Virus record (IMG/VR): IMGVR_UViG_3300020048_000076
Span: 25,712-89,711 of that record
From: a virus
Taxonomy: Duplodnaviria; Caudoviricetes
Direction: 5' to 3' (one strand)
DNA: 64,000 nucleotides
The notes beneath the pieces were generated by a model. It ran no database searches. It worked only from the letters and a program-made list of their open reading frames with translations, and was not told the origin of the DNA. Positions 60,147 to 64,000 of the stretch are shown piece by piece; position 1 is the first letter of the stretch; each line of letters starts with the position of its first letter. The position numbers and the translations under genes were made by a program.

Positions 60147-61795
60147 CTAATCTTTATTATCCCTTTCCATTAACATCAAATCAGCGTAGTCATAAGATAC
60201 CCTAGTAACCTCACATCGATTAACCACATTATTACTGGCTATAATCCCTTGTAAAGCGGCCATGGCAAACTGATCACGTAGCCATTTCTTTTCCTGTTCA
60301 GGGTTTTCTTGTGGCGCTAACAATTTATCCGCTACACCGTCCAACATCTTCTGTTGTTCTCTTAATACTTGCGCTGGATTTGGCATTCTATTAAGAACTT
60401 CTTGTTCAACTAACATAGCTACTTTAAATATATTCTCCGTCATTACATATTCATGGTTGAAGAATATTTCGTTTTCATAAATGTTAAAACCCGCTTGTTC
60501 AGCTATTTTACGTACATCGGTCATTCTTCTATCCTCTCTACAGTTATAGTGTATTTGTCTGATATTAATGCTGCTAAATGGGTTATTAATTTGGCAGTAG
60601 CACCATAATTCATTGATAATGTTGCTATAGCGTATTGATCACCGTTTATCTGAAGTTGCACATGGTTATCATCATTAACACCTACCATATAAGGTGCTAG
60701 CGTATCTTCTTTAGGTTCAAATTCTTCAGTACCAGTGAATGTAGTGTAATCAGTTGAGCCATTTTTATCTTGCACAGGGTATCCTTTATAGTATTGAGTG
60801 GTTGGGGTAAACAATGTTTCAAAAATTGATTTATATAGCGATCCCATCTTTTTTCTCAACAGTGTGATAAAGCCATAACGCTAATGACAATTGATGCTAA
60901 CATTGCAGCTATCATTATCATTAACCTTATGTGTAAATTACTTATTTTTAATTCCAAATTTTCTTTGTCCATTCTTTTTCCTAGTGATAAAAAGTACCAT
61001 GTATAAAAAATAATGAAGCGTATACATATATTGAAAACATAACAGCCCCAATAAATCGATTATTTATTAAACGAATTATACACACCGCTCCTACGATTAA
61101 TGATGGAACAACCCACCAAATATTAACGTCCATAAAAATGTCCTGTTGAAATATCTATTCTAAAATATTAAGCATAGTTATTTTTAAGTCCTCCTCTTGT
61201 CTTATTTTTTGCATAATCTTACTGCATTTATTATGTTTACCATCTTTACCTCTGTGTTCTTTGCAGATAGGGCAGTAGGCGCTTAAAAGCATTCCTAGTC
61301 CGGATGTACTGCTACGCTCTTTTTGCTCTACATTCCCCTGCATTTGCCAAAATGGATCACCAAACCTACTCAAAATCGTGCCACATAGCTTTGTAAATTA
61401 ACTTAACCATGTGTTTTGGGTATATCCTCATATCATCCTCTTTATCTGGAAAGCAATCTGTTAACCATTCAGGCGGCTCTATGCCTAGTTCTTTTAAACA
61501 TATGAATAACTCTTTGGGTGATTGTCTAAAATTACAATCTAACCAAAAACATAAAGTCGCCGCAAACCCTGAAGTCATTTTTTCCGTTGGCTCAAACGGT
61601 AGAGTCTTTGAGTTAATAGCCATGGTTGTTATTATCATTATCATTAATGGTATTTGTTAATTTAAGTACCATCTCTTTTACATCATCATGAATATTAACT
61701 GCATTTATAACCATTTTTACCTCTTTTACGTTAGTCATCAGTAATACACAGTACATTTGTTCTATAATTTCTATTGCTTTTTTAGTAGTAACCAT
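60147..61795 (-). CDS. array of small genes (60147..60524, 60521..60847, 60856..60972, 60981..61133, 61155..61373, 61366..61644, 61613..61795)
   Basis: Packed co-oriented ORFs; the two shortest are hand-translated membrane peptides; 60147 carries RDQFAMAALQG. Confidence 0.6.
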
Positions 61796-61824
61796 TTTCT
61801 TTATCCTACTATTGTTTAAGGTAC

Positions 61825-62247
61825 CTATAGCTTAGTTCCGATTCCCGAAGAACCAAAGCCGTTCTCCCCCCTATTTGTCGGAGATAGCTCATCAATTATT
61901 TTAATTTCTACGTGAGGGACAGGCACTATCATCATCTGAGCAATTCGATCCCCTTTACTTATGTTGAAAGGTAAATCGCCATGGTTGAAAATAAGAACTT
62001 TAATTTCTCCCCTATAATCACTATCGATTACACCGGCACCTACTTCAACACCTTGCTTTACAGATAAACCACTTCTTGATTTCAAAATACCGCAATAGCC
62101 CATTGGTATCATTGTTTTTAAGCCGGTGCTTATCAGTTTTCGTTCATCTGGTTCTATAGATGTGAACTCATCCGCTTCAATATCAAATGCCGCATCTGCT
62201 GGATGTGCTTTCTTTAACTCTTTGGTTGCAAATACTACTATACTCAT
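61825..62247 (-). CDS. dut: trimeric dUTPase
   Basis: DAAFDI, SRSGL, GVIDSDYRGE, GDRIAQ, RGENGFGSSG motifs. Confidence 0.95.
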   Translation of the reverse strand: MSIVVFATKELKKAHPADAAFDIEADEFTSIEPDERKLISTGLKTMIPMGYCGILKSRSGLSVKQGVEVGAGVIDSDYRGEIKVLIFNHGDLPFNISKGDRIAQMMIVPVPHVEIKIIDELSPTNRGENGFGSSGIGTKL

Positions 62248-63958
62248 TAGTCTACCCTTTTTAATTCACTGTTAATTAGCCATTGTTCAACGATCATATT
62301 TAATACATCCATACCTTCAATTAATGTGTCATAGTGGCCTACGTAACTTTTTAAGCCCACTAGATTGACATTAGTTTTAAACCTACCTTCTTCCCCTGTT
62401 GTTTTTTCATCTTGGAATACCGCACCTACTTTGTACTTTCCTAGGTAATAGTGTTGATTACTTTCTGATTGTTTCCACATTACTCAAACCATATTTCAAT
62501 TTTTTCATTGATATAATCTGCTTCTACTTGAGCTATAGGATAGGGAACTTGATTTTCAACAACATCCTTACATTCTTTAACAATTAGTTTGGTAAATAAC
62601 ATAAGTTGCAGTCCACAATCATCCCCTGATTCAGAAAACCAACCATCCATAAAACCTGCTTGTTCAGCTAGTTCTCCAATTCTTTCAATGTTCATAAAAC
62701 TACCTCAATTTATTTTAAAGACAATATGTAGGTTCGCACCTACTTTGTACTTACCTAGATAATAATGTTGATTACCTTCTGATTGTTTCCACATTAGCTA
62801 TCCTTATTTCGATTAGTCCATTGAGACATTTCTTCTAAATAGGTACCGGTATACTTTTCTAATACTGCTTTTACTATGCTGTTGCCAACAATCATTGTTC
62901 TACCTGTTGAATCTTTAAAATAAATACCAGAACCTGTATTTAAACTTAAATTGTTTTCTTCTATGTCTTTTTGGCAAGCTTTAAAAGAATTTACATTTTC
63001 TTCAACTTCTTTTAAAGACATTACGTAGGTTTGCGCGTCTTTGTTATTACAATACTCACCGTCGATATCCCATGTATTAGTAAGAATATCTCCGTCATCA
63101 AAAAAAATAGCGCCGTGTACTTGGTCTTCATGTAATTCTGGGTAGATAGCATAGATAACTACTTTTAAACCGGATAGCGTAGTGTATTTTTTGTCTAAAG
63201 ATATCGTGTTCATAACGCTGCCTGAGTTTTTGTTTTAATATAAGGGCTTGCCGGAGCGCCTTGTGTTAAACATAAATTACATATTGTTTTATCAGTGAAT
63301 ATTAATTTATTTAATTCGGTTATAACCATACCTGAGTTACAGATAAGCATCTCTACTAACTCTGGACTGGTTATAGTATGTTCTTTAAGCACCCAACTAT
63401 TTGTATAACTTATAGTATCTGAGCCAAAGATATTCCACCACTCACGTTTTTGTATGTAAGGGGTTTTTATCTGTTCTTGCCAACTAAATACATAGGTGGT
63501 CATAAAATTACCTCACCACTATTAAGTTTGGCACATAGGGTCTTTGCTACATGCTCCGGAAAATAAACCTCTGCTGGGTGTATATTCGTAGAGGTTGATC
63601 CTGCTAACCATGTATGTTCTTTGGCATAAACATAACAATTCATTCCACCATACTGAAATATGTACCCTGCTGCAAACTCGTCACGGTACGCCAATAATCG
63701 GTTGAATCTTCGCATAGCAACAGCCGCTTTCTCCGCTTGTTCTTCGGTTGGGCGTTCTGTACCAAACAATTGCGATTTTGTCATGGTAATCGTTTTCATA
63801 ACCCTACCATTTGAACTTATTACCCATTTCCCACTTTTAGGTTCCCATTCTTTAGGTTTTTCCAACTCGGCTATTTGTTCATCTATTTTAGCTACCCGTG
63901 TAAGATAAACATTTCTTCGCGCTTTTAACTCTTCTTTATCATCTGATTCAACGTTCAT
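62247..63958 (-). CDS. array of small genes (62247..62480, 62480..62695, 62705..62794, 62794..63213, 63210..63503, 63500..63958)
   Basis: TAATG/ATGA couplings; 63500..63958 is a paralog of 56218..56679. Confidence 0.65.
62421..62796. repeat. 62-bp direct repeat (62421-62482 and 62735-62796, 58/62 identical)
   Basis: Aligned by eye; 4 mismatches. Confidence 0.9.
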
Positions 63959-64000
63959 TTCTTTTCCTCTTTTTTCTTCTTACCGAAGATAGCTTCCCAG

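Noticed and set aside
56218-63958. Inversion of the 7-kb interval via the opposite-strand paralogs
   Set aside because: DNA identity is broken by many synonymous changes; no long perfect inverted repeat or recombinase
1-64000. Genome-wide stop-codon reassignment
   Set aside because: Long genes are intact in code 11, and TAA, TAG and TGA all end genes at coupled overlaps; only the single local case at 27369 is flagged

Overview
AT-rich dsDNA tailed-phage genome segment, probably podovirus-like. It has three blocks. (1) 1-41152, + strand, virion module: head-associated small proteins, adaptor/nozzle-like tail proteins, four small paralogous fibre-anchor-like proteins, putative ejection proteins including a 3466-aa polyvalent protein (InPase-like, zincin, ART-PolyVal-like and PLxRFG-type domains), four long mosaic lectin-like fibre paralogs, two lipoproteins and a holin-like gene. 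A DUF723/Hef-like homing endonuclease gene is inserted antisense within this block. (2) 41154-52799 on the - strand and 52976-55830 on the + strand, a divergent APSE/Bcep-like replication module: DHH phosphoesterase, SNF2 helicase, dCMP deaminase, VRR-NUC, HU, family A polymerase, AlpA-like HTH, DUF2815 SSB, a split DUF2800 nuclease, Cro-like HTH and BT4734/PriCT-2/VapE primase-helicase. (3) 56037-64000, two converging arrays of small early-type genes, with dUTPase and a pair of exported proteins. No terminase, portal, major capsid, endolysin, integrase, reverse transcriptase, tRNA or CRISPR array was recognised in the window. The most notable hand-derived observations are: a promoter-driven, ~330-nt highly structured RNA candidate (41514-41842) whose promoter shares a 14-bp palindrome with the HU promoter; two further structured RNA leaders; a DUF2800 nuclease split into two translationally coupled halves; a shared C-terminal (E/D)DL(A/C) tail on replication proteins; and module swapping between fibre paralogs. 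Family assignments come from motif recognition by eye, not database searches.
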